Shown: positions 49,099-58,520 of the stretch, piece after piece
Numbering within the stretch: position 1 is the first letter of the stretch
How the letters are laid out: each line of letters begins with the position of its first letter
Assembly (NCBI GenBank): GCA_965230995.1
Contig: OZ246398.1
Coordinates: 73,868 to 137,867, forward strand
Source of the DNA: an uncultured Candidatus Saccharibacteria bacterium
Lineage (GTDB): Bacteria; Patescibacteriota; Minisyncoccia; Phycocordibacterales; G965230995
DNA: 64,000 nucleotides
Direction: 5' to 3'
The notes under the pieces: model-generated
Databases searched by the model: none
Seen by the model: the letters and a program-made list of their open reading frames with translations, nothing else
What the model was told of the DNA's origin: nothing
Position numbers and translations under genes: made by a program

Positions 49099-50580
49099 TT
49101 ATCTATTTTTTGAAACTATTTCATTAATATTTCTTTGGATTAATTTTACTTTCCAAAGAAAGACAAGACCATAGACAATCAAAACAAAAATGATTGAGAA
49201 ATTTTTTACGTTCAAAAATGCGAACGGTAGTTTTGCCATTATTTTTATAACAAACATTTCATACAGCAATAATACATACGCCGGAAAGCCTACAATCATT
49301 CCAAAAAAAGGAGATAGATAAGTAACCAGACCAGACAAAAATCCAAAAAGCATTGTCGGTGCAATGACAGGTAATATTAGAATATTAGATAAAATCGATA
49401 CAACAGAAACATTACCCATCTTGAGAAGAATAAAAGGAACGACAAAAATTTCTACTGCAATTGTCGAAACAACTATTTCTCTGATACCGAATTTTTTAGT
49501 AAGCCATAGAAAATATTTTTCCAAATCTACAGCTAAAATCACAAGACCGAGCGTAGCTAAAAACGAAAGCTGAAACGAAATATCATAAATAACAATAAAA
49601 GGGTTCAGCATTATCATTATGAAACCTGCAATAAGTAACGCTCTCATCGCATCATATTTTCTGCCAATATATTTTCCAAGCATAGCTAGAACTACCATTA
49701 TCGTCGCTCTCATCACTGTAGATTCCATTCCAACTGCAAGAGAAAACAACACGATTCCAGAAACAGCAAAAACGAATCTAATTTTTCTCGGGAGAAAATA
49801 TGTGATTGCCATTATCATCACGCCGACTATTGCAATATTGAAACCTGATAACACTATTATATGGCTCACACCGGCACGCCTGAACAATTCCAAATTTTCC
49901 TCACCGAGAGAACTTTTGTTTCCAACGAGCAAACCGGATAGCAGAGCTGATTCAGGAAAATTAAAAACTTTTTCTATATTTCCAATAAAACTTTTTTTGA
50001 TATCAGATAGCCTAACCAACAAACCGTTTTGTCTCTCGCCTGTTTTTTCAATCTTGGCTTTTTCAATTATGTAACCAACCTTTTGGCTCTTTAAATACCC
50101 TTTGTAATCAAAAATAATTCCAGATTCATTTTCAAAATTTTCTGGCACAGAAAGCGTTCCGTTTACGATTATTTTTTCACCAAACAAAACATCTTTTTTA
50201 TCTGCTGTTCTAATTAAAATATTTTGTTTATCGGAAGTTTTTATTTTAAAGTTTCTGTAATATTTACTGTGTGTCACATCGCTTGAAACATATCCAGATA
50301 TTTGAACCGATTGATTAACTTTAGATGAAAGGCTACTTTCATTTTCAACAAAAAATAAAACCCTTGCCATTCCAAAGGAAGAAAGGATTACAAAAAATCC
50401 TAAAGCAAAAAGATAAATTTTTTGTTTAATAAAAAAGGAAGAAGCAGTCAGCAGTATTAAACCAAAGAAAAATATAAACGTAGATGCGGAAAAATTGCTT
50501 CGCAATTTTTCCGCGACCACAATACCAAAACACAGACCAGCAACCCCTATCGAAATGATTATATTATCGCGATCTCTCAC
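49099..50580 (-). CDS. comEC: competence protein ComEC/Rec2 membrane channel portion (DUF4131 + Competence domain)
   Basis: 493 aa polytopic; AGVSHIIVLSGFNIAIV motif. Confidence 0.65.
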   Translation of the reverse strand: MRDRDNIIISIGVAGLCFGIVVAEKLRSNFSASTFIFFFGLILLTASSFFIKQKIYLFALGFFVILSSFGMARVLFFVENESSLSSKVNQSVQISGYVSSDVTHSKYYRNFKIKTSDKQNILIRTADKKDVLFGEKIIVNGTLSVPENFENESGIIFDYKGYLKSQKVGYIIEKAKIEKTGERQNGLLVRLSDIKKSFIGNIEKVFNFPESALLSGLLVGNKSSLGEENLELFRRAGVSHIIVLSGFNIAIVGVMIMAITYFLPRKIRFVFAVSGIVLFSLAVGMESTVMRATIMVVLAMLGKYIGRKYDAMRALLIAGFIMIMLNPFIVIYDISFQLSFLATLGLVILAVDLEKYFLWLTKKFGIREIVVSTIAVEIFVVPFILLKMGNVSVVSILSNILILPVIAPTMLFGFLSGLVTYLSPFFGMIVGFPAYVLLLYEMFVIKIMAKLPFAFLNVKNFSIIFVLIVYGLVFLWKVKLIQRNINEIVSKNR

Positions 50581-51277
50581 GGAAACTTTCTATTATTTGT
50601 TTCTCGTCTTCTTCAGATACAGATTTTCTATACAAAGCACCTTTGACCCCTTTCACTCTTTCTTCGCATTCTGCCCAAGTCTTGTGTATTTTTATTTCCC
50701 CATCAACCATAGATAGATACGAATAAGCCTTTGCATTTGATCTAGTTTTTTGTCCGCTCTTTGCCTCGGCTTTAATTTCGTTTATAGAAAAATCCATTAC
50801 ATTGATTCCGTAATCTCTTATTGAACCAGAATATAATTTTACATCTATCCCATCAGCAAGATCAGATGCAATTTTGTCTGCTCTTTCGTTTCCTGGAATT
50901 CCGACATGTCCCTGCAAGAGTCTCCACTCGACACTGATACCGCTAGAATTTGAGACCAATTTTTCCCAAATATCTTTATTCAAAACATCACCGCCTGTCA
51001 TTGTCTTCCATCCTTTCCTCTGCCATCCTGAAACCCATTTTGTAATTCCATTCACAAGATAGCTCGAATCTGTATAAATAATTATCGATCTGTTTTTTGA
51101 TTTTGCATATTCCAGAGCAGACAACCCCGCCATCATCTCCATTCTGTTATTTGTTGTTTTCTTTTCAAAACCACCGAACTCAGAAATACTTTCTCCAAAA
51201 ACAACTACAGATCCCCACCCACCAGGGCCGGGATTTCCTTTTGACGCCCCATCAGTAAAAGCAATAATTTTTTCCAT
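50564..51277 (-). CDS. rnhA: ribonuclease HI with C-terminal extension
   Basis: IAFTDGASKGNPGPGGWGSVV, DSSYLVNGITKW, HVGIPGNERAD. Confidence 0.8.
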   Translation of the reverse strand: MEKIIAFTDGASKGNPGPGGWGSVVVFGESISEFGGFEKKTTNNRMEMMAGLSALEYAKSKNRSIIIYTDSSYLVNGITKWVSGWQRKGWKTMTGGDVLNKDIWEKLVSNSSGISVEWRLLQGHVGIPGNERADKIASDLADGIDVKLYSGSIRDYGINVMDFSINEIKAEAKSGQKTRSNAKAYSYLSMVDGEIKIHKTWAECEERVKGVKGALYRKSVSEEDEKQIIESFRERSR

Positions 51278-51298
51278 TTTAAAATTGTAACAGCTAAA

Positions 51299-52984
51299 TT
51301 AATTTTTGAGTATATCCACCAAACGCAATCGCAATTCAATTTTCCCTCTGAAAATAGCTTTTTCCATATGAGCAATGATATTTACAATAATACCCGGCTT
51401 CAGTTCCACAGAGAAAGAATCCGGCCCCGCAAAAAATGCAATTGCTTCGGCTTTCTTTCCACTACCGTCCTGTAGTGTAAGTGAAAGATGATTTTTTTGT
51501 TTTCCAAAAAGCTTCATTCCTATTATTTCTACATTAGGAAATAGAAACAACGGCTTTCTGTTGTCTATCCCAAAAGGACTCATCATTTCAATCGTCCTGT
51601 AATTTTCTATATTTATATCCGCCAAAGACAATTTTCCGTCTAGAACTATTTCTTCAGAAATTTCTTCACGTTCAATGGTTCTGAATACTTCACATAATTT
51701 TTCTTCCATATGATGTACCGCTTCTTCAAATACTGAAAAACCTCCGGCCATTTTATGCCCGCCAAATTGTGAAAATACATCCGGAAGAGATTTCATTAGA
51801 TGGACCAAATCTGTTACTCCATCAGATCTGCAAGATCCTTTTATCATATGCTTACCCTCTCTACCCCACAAAAATACAGGGCATTTATATTCTTCTGAAA
51901 CACTGTTTGCAACCAAACCAACAAGCGAAGGTCGCCAATCTGGATTACCCATCACAATGACTTCGGGAACATCTCCCCTTGCTTTCATTCTTTTTTTTAC
52001 TTCTTTAACTATCGAAGCCACCACCCCTTTTCTTTCGTTGTTTATCTCCTCGAGTTTTCTTGCGTAAGCATCACCCTCGGCTTCATCTTTTGTTGAAAGC
52101 AAGAAAAATGCATCGGCGGGGTCACCCATTCTCGAAGCTGCATTTATTCTCGGAGCAATCATAAAACCAATATCGTCTTCAGTAATAAACCTCTGATCAA
52201 TATTTAATTTCTGTACTAGTTTTCTAATTCCCGGTCGTGGGCTTTTCCTCAAAACAAGCAAACCATATTTACCCAATATCCTATTTTCATCAACCAAAGG
52301 CACCATATCAGACAATGTTGCAATTCCAACCATATCAAGAAGCCATTTTTCTTGACCTGGTTTCAAACCAAAATCTCTAGATTGTAAAATTGCCTGCACA
52401 AGTTTCCATCCTACCCCGCTCCCACAGAGACCATCAAAAGGATAATTACAATCGTGACGTTTGGGATCAACAACAGCATATGCGGGCGGAAGTTTTTCTG
52501 GTTGTTCGTGATGATCAGTGACAATCACATCAATTCCTTTTTCGTTTGCATATGCAATTTCATCGTAATCAGCAATACCGCAATCAAGGGTGACGAGTAA
52601 ATCCACGCCATCGCGAGCAAAAGAATCTATCGCTTCACTATTTAATCCAAAACCCTCGTCGTGTCTATGGGGAATATAATTTTTTGCATTTGGATAACCA
52701 ATCAAATCAAAAAAATCCTTCATCATCACTCCAGCAGGAATTCCATCTGCATCGTAATCGCTATAAATTAAAATATTCTCACCATTATCAATTGCGCGCA
52801 GTATTCTCTCGACTGCTCTGTCCATATCACGCATTAAAAAAGGATCATGAAAGCCATCGTCAAATGACGGATTCAAAAAATCATCCGGATCTTCTATCTC
52901 CCTATTTTTTAGCAACTGGGCAAGCAAAAAATTATCTACCTGCTCCACCGCGTCTGCCAGGCGGTATCTTTTTCTCATAGACAT
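51299..52984 (-). CDS. recJ: single-stranded-DNA-specific exonuclease RecJ
   Basis: DHH motifs (DYDADG, IVTDHH), DHHA1 region, 561 aa. Confidence 0.85.
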   Translation of the reverse strand: MSMRKRYRLADAVEQVDNFLLAQLLKNREIEDPDDFLNPSFDDGFHDPFLMRDMDRAVERILRAIDNGENILIYSDYDADGIPAGVMMKDFFDLIGYPNAKNYIPHRHDEGFGLNSEAIDSFARDGVDLLVTLDCGIADYDEIAYANEKGIDVIVTDHHEQPEKLPPAYAVVDPKRHDCNYPFDGLCGSGVGWKLVQAILQSRDFGLKPGQEKWLLDMVGIATLSDMVPLVDENRILGKYGLLVLRKSPRPGIRKLVQKLNIDQRFITEDDIGFMIAPRINAASRMGDPADAFFLLSTKDEAEGDAYARKLEEINNERKGVVASIVKEVKKRMKARGDVPEVIVMGNPDWRPSLVGLVANSVSEEYKCPVFLWGREGKHMIKGSCRSDGVTDLVHLMKSLPDVFSQFGGHKMAGGFSVFEEAVHHMEEKLCEVFRTIEREEISEEIVLDGKLSLADINIENYRTIEMMSPFGIDNRKPLFLFPNVEIIGMKLFGKQKNHLSLTLQDGSGKKAEAIAFFAGPDSFSVELKPGIIVNIIAHMEKAIFRGKIELRLRLVDILKN

Positions 52985-53007
52985 ATGATAACATATAAAA
53001 ATAACTT

Positions 53008-53376
53008 TTGAACAAAAATATGGATTGTGTATTTTGCAAAATAGTAGCTGGAGAAATCCCTTGTCATAAAATCTACGAGGATGATAATTTTATTGCTTTT
53101 CTCGATATAAACCCTGTCGCACCAGGACACACACAGGTCATACCTAAAAAACATTACCGCTGGGTTTGGAATGTTCCAAACGTTGGTGAATATTTCGAAG
53201 TGGCAAGAAAAATCGCAATAGCACAAGGCAAAGCTTTTAACACAGATTTCATTCTTTCAAAAACAATCGGCAACGAAGTCCCCCACGCCCATATCTGGGT
53301 CTTTCCAAATGACACGGTTACAGGTGACAAAAAAGATTTTTCTGGCAACTCCCAAAAAATATTAGAGAATATGTAG
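53008..53376 (+). CDS. HIT family hydrolase
   Basis: CVFCKI..., histidine triad [10 protein letters not shown]. Confidence 0.8.
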   Translation: MNKNMDCVFCKIVAGEIPCHKIYEDDNFIAFLDINPVAPGHTQVIPKKHYRWVWNVPNVGEYFEVARKIAIAQGKAFNTDFILSKTIGNEVPHAHIWVFPNDTVTGDKKDFSGNSQKILENM

Positions 53377-53406
53377 ACAGGCATTATAAATGATATATAC
53401 GAAAAA

Positions 53407-54594
53407 ATGAAAGCTGAATCTCTCAAATCAAGTTCAGATAACAAAAAAGAGCCTGAATTTTTCGAAGACCCAGCGGTATTTAATTGGAAAGACAGTCCTT
53501 CGATTGGTGATGCCGGACTATCAGAAACAGAAATATCAATGATAAGAAATGATCTAACACCAGAGATTGCAGAGAAATTACTCCAAAAATATGATTCCGC
53601 GATAGCACAACATAAAGAATTTGTATCATATATGATTAAAGACTTCGGTCTGCAACTTGGGCAAGATTGGCTTTTAAAAAGTGGTGCATCTAGTGCAAGA
53701 TCTATGATTCTACGCATTGTATCGAGGATAAAAAAAGAAGGCTATACAAAAGAAACAGAGAGAGAAATTGAATCCATAGATGACAGAACACTTCTTATGC
53801 TTAATATAGACAAACTCTTATCAAAATTTTCCTCAAAATATACCCCCGGAAAACAGGTCGAAACCAGTAGCGAGGCATTACATACAGATATTTTTCCAGC
53901 ATCAGATCTAACAGAAAAACAATGGGAAGAAATCTTAAGGATATGCAAAGATAATTATACAGATGATAAAATATTATTGACTTATGTAACTGAAGCCCTA
54001 AAAAGGCTACGAGAAGATGCTCCGAGACTTTCAAAGACCCGTTTTCACTTAGTAAACAGTTTTGATTTGCCAATCGCTTTTTTAAGAGTAGAAGAAAGAT
54101 CCCCGGACACGGTATTTGTTGGAACATTAAATTCCAACCGCTTATATAATGGATATAATGTTGGAATTAAACTATATGAAAATGCTATAAATGAACTAGT
54201 AAAAGAAAAAGTTGTGCTTGCCGAGGCCGACCCCACTTCAGCTATTATCCTAAAATACAGTAAATCCGGTGCGTATTTCTATGACACAAAAGAAATTTTG
54301 GACAACAACGGAAATTCTCGGACACTAATATCACTCATATGGAGAAATAGACCAGAAAGAACTAGAGAATTAACAGCGGAAGAATACTCAGACGAGTACT
54401 TAAATGAAATCAAGTCAGAAGGAGAGATATTTTCCGAGAGCTGTGAAAAAAGGGAACTCCCAACGAGACTAGTAGAATTAATAAAAGAAGGAAAAGTAAT
54501 AATATATGTCTACAAAAATTCTGGTAAATTCGAAATACTTTATCAAACATTAACACCAGAACTTAAACAAAAACTACTTCAAAAGAGAGTCTAG
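53407..54594 (+). CDS. hypothetical protein
   Basis: 395 aa ORF, no recognisable motifs. Confidence 0.35.
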   Translation: MKAESLKSSSDNKKEPEFFEDPAVFNWKDSPSIGDAGLSETEISMIRNDLTPEIAEKLLQKYDSAIAQHKEFVSYMIKDFGLQLGQDWLLKSGASSARSMILRIVSRIKKEGYTKETEREIESIDDRTLLMLNIDKLLSKFSSKYTPGKQVETSSEALHTDIFPASDLTEKQWEEILRICKDNYTDDKILLTYVTEALKRLREDAPRLSKTRFHLVNSFDLPIAFLRVEERSPDTVFVGTLNSNRLYNGYNVGIKLYENAINELVKEKVVLAEADPTSAIILKYSKSGAYFYDTKEILDNNGNSRTLISLIWRNRPERTRELTAEEYSDEYLNEIKSEGEIFSESCEKRELPTRLVELIKEGKVIIYVYKNSGKFEILYQTLTPELKQKLLQKRV

Positions 54595-55341
54595 GTCCCA
54601 TATAAGATCAAAAATTGCCGTTATAGATTCCTTGATTGATATAGAATCAATTACAACACCGACAAAAACGCCTTTTCTAAAGGTTATAAATGCAACCTTG
54701 TTTTTAAATGAATATATAACTGTATCAAGCAATTTAGTAGTTTTTAATTTTACAGTTTTAAAAGTAACCCATTCATCCTTTAAAGAACTAACGAGATCTT
54801 CGTTTTCCTTTGTTTCTGGAATAATAATTCTCTTCTTAACACCTTTGTTTCTTCTAATCTTTAAGTATTCTTCATTAATCTTTGCTATTTCCCCACTAAC
54901 CGATCGCAAGTCTACAAATTGGTAAACTATTTCATCCTCACTAACATCTAGAGTTTCATCTAAAATCTTCCATATTCCTTTTTTCCCCTCAAAGAAACGT
55001 ACATTTGGCTTTCCAGAAATCAGATTAAAATCTGAAATCATTTCTCCCATTATTGCTTCCAAAGAAGATTTGGCTGTGCTTATTTTTCTAGCCCTATCAT
55101 CTACAATTTCTTCTATATGTTTTGGGTTTTTTGCAATGTATTTTAATATTTTTGAGTCTTTTACGTTCTCTATTAGATTAAGAACTAAAAGTTGCTTAAT
55201 GTTTTTGTAAACCAAAGTCCTCTCTATCCCTGTAAGGAGAGATATCCTAGCAACCTGAATAGGTCCGTTTTTTAGAACTGCTTCATATATACGGCTCTGG
55301 TCATGTGTTAAGCCTGCGTCAACTAAATATTTTTCATACAT
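54574..55341 (-). CDS. TrmB-like transcriptional regulator (winged HTH + C-terminal domain)
   Basis: N-terminal LTHDQSRIYEAVLKNGPIQVARISLLTGIERTLVYKNIKQL; C-terminal NKVAFI motif shared with three paralogs downstream. Confidence 0.5.
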   Translation of the reverse strand: MYEKYLVDAGLTHDQSRIYEAVLKNGPIQVARISLLTGIERTLVYKNIKQLLVLNLIENVKDSKILKYIAKNPKHIEEIVDDRARKISTAKSSLEAIMGEMISDFNLISGKPNVRFFEGKKGIWKILDETLDVSEDEIVYQFVDLRSVSGEIAKINEEYLKIRRNKGVKKRIIIPETKENEDLVSSLKDEWVTFKTVKLKTTKLLDTVIYSFKNKVAFITFRKGVFVGVVIDSISIKESITAIFDLIWDLDSLLK

Positions 55342-55478
55342 ACAATTTTTTATATGATTTATATACTATAATATTTTTATCTGTTATGCAAATTTCACAA
55401 AAATATTTGAAAATTTAAATATAAAAATGGCTTTTTTTATAGTTTTTTCAAGATTTAGTGATATTTAGTTATGTTTAT

Positions 55479-55513
55479 TTGACATAATTAAACGCCTAGT
55501 GTAAAGTCATGCA
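55479..55513 (+). promoter_or_regulatory. strong sigma70-like promoter of GC-rich island 5 (TTGACA-N17-TG-TAAAGT)
   Basis: TTGACATAATTAAACGCCTAGTGTAAAGT. Confidence 0.5.
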
Positions 55514-55812
55514 CAGAAAAGCCCGACAGCAATCGGGGTGAAGCACCAAAAACATTAACTGGCGGTCTAGCGTCCAAAGCAAGGACGTAGAGTGCACAAA
55601 GCCTAAGGGAAGCAAGGCAGTGCACCCCATTAGACGGGATATGGGCGTAAGTGACGCCCAGCCTACAAGTGAACTGACAGGCACTTGTTCAGCTTCCCAT
55701 GTGAAGAACTCTTTCTGTTGTGGACGGTCCAATCCCGTTGAAACAGAAGAGACGTATTGGTAGGAGAATTACCAATGTCAAAAAAATCTCCGGGCGGTTT
55801 GCTGACTGCCCG

Positions 55813-55861
55813 TCTGTCGCAGGATGGTTCCTGCCTGATGAGCCAATAATGGCGAAACAGA
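55813..55861 (+). ncRNA. hammerhead ribozyme copy 1, type III topology (closed stems I and II, open stem III), predicted cleavage after C55818
   Basis: UCUGU-C^-GCAGG-AUGGUU-CCUGC-CUGAUGA-GCCA-AUAA-UGGC-GAAAC-AGA; all catalytic-core nucleotides present. Confidence 0.8.
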
Positions 55862-56125
55862 ATATTTACCGTCGAGGACAACTCTTAACTGCTCGGGCGC
55901 ACGTGCACGATCGTAGGTCGGACGTGAACCACGCACATAAATAGAGACAACAAGGTATTGTGCTGAAAAGGCTTCGGGTAAGTGCCAGCTGTTTGCTGAG
56001 TAACTAACGGACACCCTTAGTAGGCAACCTCGCGGAGGATAGAATCTCTACTATCCCGTTGGTGTGACCATCGACAATAGTCACAAAAATTTTTGGAGAT
56101 GGTTTGCAAACACCTTCCATCTCCA

Positions 56126-56176
56126 TTCTGTCGCAGGATGGTTCCTGCCTGATGAGCCAATAATGGCGAAACAGAA
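56126..56176 (+). ncRNA. hammerhead ribozyme copy 2, type III, predicted cleavage after C56132
   Basis: 52 nt identical to copy 1 (UCUGUCGCAGGAUGGUUCCUGCCUGAUGAGCCAAUAAUGGCGAAACAGAA); stem III UUCUGU/ACAGAA. Confidence 0.8.
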
Positions 56177-56207
56177 ACAATTCCTTTGTAACTATTGGGA
56201 GGTTTGT

Positions 56208-56417
56208 ATGTTTGATTACCGAAGAGCTGAGCGTGACGCTGACATCGAAGAGCTGTACCGGGAAGACGAGCACCTCATGGTTAGTATCACAAAGCTCGAA
56301 ACCCTCAAACCCACCCCAAAAATCAAAGAAAGAATAAGTAAAATAAAGAGAAAACGTGCAGTGATACAATCACTGCTGAGGGAGGCCAAGGAAGACAGAT
56401 ACTTCCACGGCCTGTAG
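56208..56417 (+). CDS. small hypothetical protein (69 aa) downstream of hammerhead 2
   Basis: GGGAGG RBS 7 nt before ATG; charged helical MFDYRRAERDADIEELYREDEHL...; hairpin + T-run terminator ~56420-56455. The ORF-track 56064 start reads through the ribozyme and was rejected. Confidence 0.35.
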   Translation: MFDYRRAERDADIEELYREDEHLMVSITKLETLKPTPKIKERISKIKRKRAVIQSLLREAKEDRYFHGL

Positions 56418-56488
56418 CCCTCAAACCACCCGCAGGACTTAGGTCCGGGGTGTTTTTGTATTTGTGCATTATCAATTTAACCTATATT

Positions 56489-57541
56489 CTACAAAGCAAC
56501 ACATTTGTTATTTTCTACCTTTGTTAAAGTAAGATCTCTTTCAACCACCCTATCATCACCGAATTCAACTGTTCCATATAGACCATCAATTTTTGCAGTC
56601 TTTAGATATTCTCGGACTTTTTCTGGATTATCTCCGACTTTGTCTATTGCGGTTAGAAGAATCAATGTATTTTCAAAAGCAGATGTGTAGAATGTTGAAT
56701 ATTCACCACCATGACCATCAATCCATTCAACGATTTCTTTGTTTCCTACAACAGGAAACTCGTAACTTAGTGAACCTTCGAGAGAATTGGCGGTTAAAAC
56801 CCCAGGTAGAGTACAAGAAAGATAGGAAACAAACTTTTTATTGTCTATCCCAATATTATTTAAGTCTTTATAAACAGGATTGAGTGAAGAACCATATGCA
56901 ACGACAACTAATTTATCAGGATTAAACTGTTTGATTTTTGCAGCTTCAGTAGAAAAATCCTTTGCATCTCGTGCGACTGAATAGCTCGTAACTGTAATTT
57001 TATCCTTAACTGCATTACGAATATTATTTTCCCATTGTATTCCGAACTCATCATTAGTATAAATAATTGCAAGTTTTGATACTCCTGAATTCTTCATGTA
57101 TGGACCAACACCGTTTAACGAGGTAAGAAAGTTTTGAAAGAAATTATTATAGTTTCTATTAATTCCAATAGTAGTAGCGTCAGTTACCAACACAACGTCA
57201 TTTGAATTTGTGAGCGGAGCAACTGCAGCCGAGACATTACTTAATCCAATAACAGCATAATTAACACCGCTTGCAGCAAAAAGTTTCTGAGCGACAGACA
57301 CACCCACTTTTGGATCACCAACCGTATCTTCTTCGACTAGATTAACCTTAACATTGTTTTTTTCTTCAAAATATTTAACAGCGTCCCTTGCCCCTCGAAT
57401 TGACCTTTCTCCGTATGTAGAAACAGGCCCAGACTGTGCATAAAGGGCACCAATAGTTATTTCCTGTGAATCCTTCTTGATAAAGGAAATGCCCAAAATC
57501 ACCAAGACTATTACAACCAATATAATTAATTTCTTTTTCAT
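56489..57541 (-). CDS. periplasmic binding protein type 1 (LivJ/ANF-receptor-like solute-binding protein) a
   Basis: 350 aa; N-terminal TM/signal, ITIGALYAQSGPVSTYG start typical of Leu/Ile/Val-binding family. Confidence 0.65.
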   Translation of the reverse strand: MKKKLIILVVIVLVILGISFIKKDSQEITIGALYAQSGPVSTYGERSIRGARDAVKYFEEKNNVKVNLVEEDTVGDPKVGVSVAQKLFAASGVNYAVIGLSNVSAAVAPLTNSNDVVLVTDATTIGINRNYNNFFQNFLTSLNGVGPYMKNSGVSKLAIIYTNDEFGIQWENNIRNAVKDKITVTSYSVARDAKDFSTEAAKIKQFNPDKLVVVAYGSSLNPVYKDLNNIGIDNKKFVSYLSCTLPGVLTANSLEGSLSYEFPVVGNKEIVEWIDGHGGEYSTFYTSAFENTLILLTAIDKVGDNPEKVREYLKTAKIDGLYGTVEFGDDRVVERDLTLTKVENNKCVAL

Positions 57542-57695
57542 AAAATTTATTATCTACTATGTCAATAATGGTAATACAAAAAAAGAACAAGTCAACTTGT
57601 TTAGACTTTTTTTCCTTTCTACCCTTATTTTTCAACATATATAAGTTGACGTCAGTTTTATTGACACTTTTTTGTAAAAAATATATACTAAAAAT

Positions 57696-58454
57696 ATGGA
57701 AGATTTACAGAAAACATTAATAGATTCTGGTTTAAACAAAAAAGAAGCCCAAGTTTATTTAACAGCCCTAGAGCTCGGCCGTTTTAGTATGACTGCTATT
57801 TCTGCAAAATCGAGAGTAAAGAGACCGACCTGTTATCTCATACTTGAACAATTGATAAACAAAGGACTCATAAGCAAGGCTCCACAACCTAAAAAAATGA
57901 TGTATGTTGCCGAACCACCAGAAAAAATTGAGGAGGAATTAAAGAAAAAATATATCGGTTTCAGAAAGTCCCTTCCCCTACTCAAAACCCTCGGTACAAG
58001 ACAAAAGAAAAATCCAGAAATACAATTTTTTCGTGGAGCAAAGGGTGTTGAGGCAGTATATAAGCAAGTTCTCGACGACGCCCCAAAACAAGTCTGCTCT
58101 ATTTTAAATACAGATAGACTTTTTTCTGTTACGGGAAAAGAATTTTTGGATGATTGGATAAAAAAACGAACCGCAAAGGGTATCCACATTGACTCTCTGA
58201 TGACAATTCCAAATGACAAGCAATATTTTTATGAATCTGATCCAGAGATATTGCGAAAGACAACATTTTTTAAGCCAACTACAGCTCTTGGCGGTGCTTT
58301 GTGGTTTTATAATAACAAAGTAGCTTTTGTATCGAGCAAGGAAGATGATTTTAGTTTTATTGTATCAAGCGAAGAGTTCCGAAAGACAGTCCAAGGTGTC
58401 TTTGAAGTTCTAAAAGAAAAATTGGAAAAAGAAAAGACAGAGAGTGATAAATAG
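57696..58454 (+). CDS. TrmB-like transcriptional regulator a
   Basis: GLNKKEAQVYLTALELGRFSMTAISAKSRVKRPTCYLILEQLINKGLIS wHTH; divergent from the binding protein gene. Confidence 0.5.
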   Translation: MEDLQKTLIDSGLNKKEAQVYLTALELGRFSMTAISAKSRVKRPTCYLILEQLINKGLISKAPQPKKMMYVAEPPEKIEEELKKKYIGFRKSLPLLKTLGTRQKKNPEIQFFRGAKGVEAVYKQVLDDAPKQVCSILNTDRLFSVTGKEFLDDWIKKRTAKGIHIDSLMTIPNDKQYFYESDPEILRKTTFFKPTTALGGALWFYNNKVAFVSSKEDDFSFIVSSEEFRKTVQGVFEVLKEKLEKEKTESDK

Positions 58455-58520
58455 CCAAACAAAACAACCACCCCGCAGGCCTTCGGCCTGCGGGGTGGAT
58501 TTGCTTTTTAATGATCTAGA

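Noticed and set aside
55496-56369. ORFs 55496..55732(-), 55663..55881(-), 55720..55944(+), 55778..56014(-), 56004..56369(-), and the 56064 start of the 117-aa ORF
   Set aside because: They read through the hammerhead ribozymes and the structured spacer. Only the 56208..56417 segment has an RBS and is kept, at low confidence.
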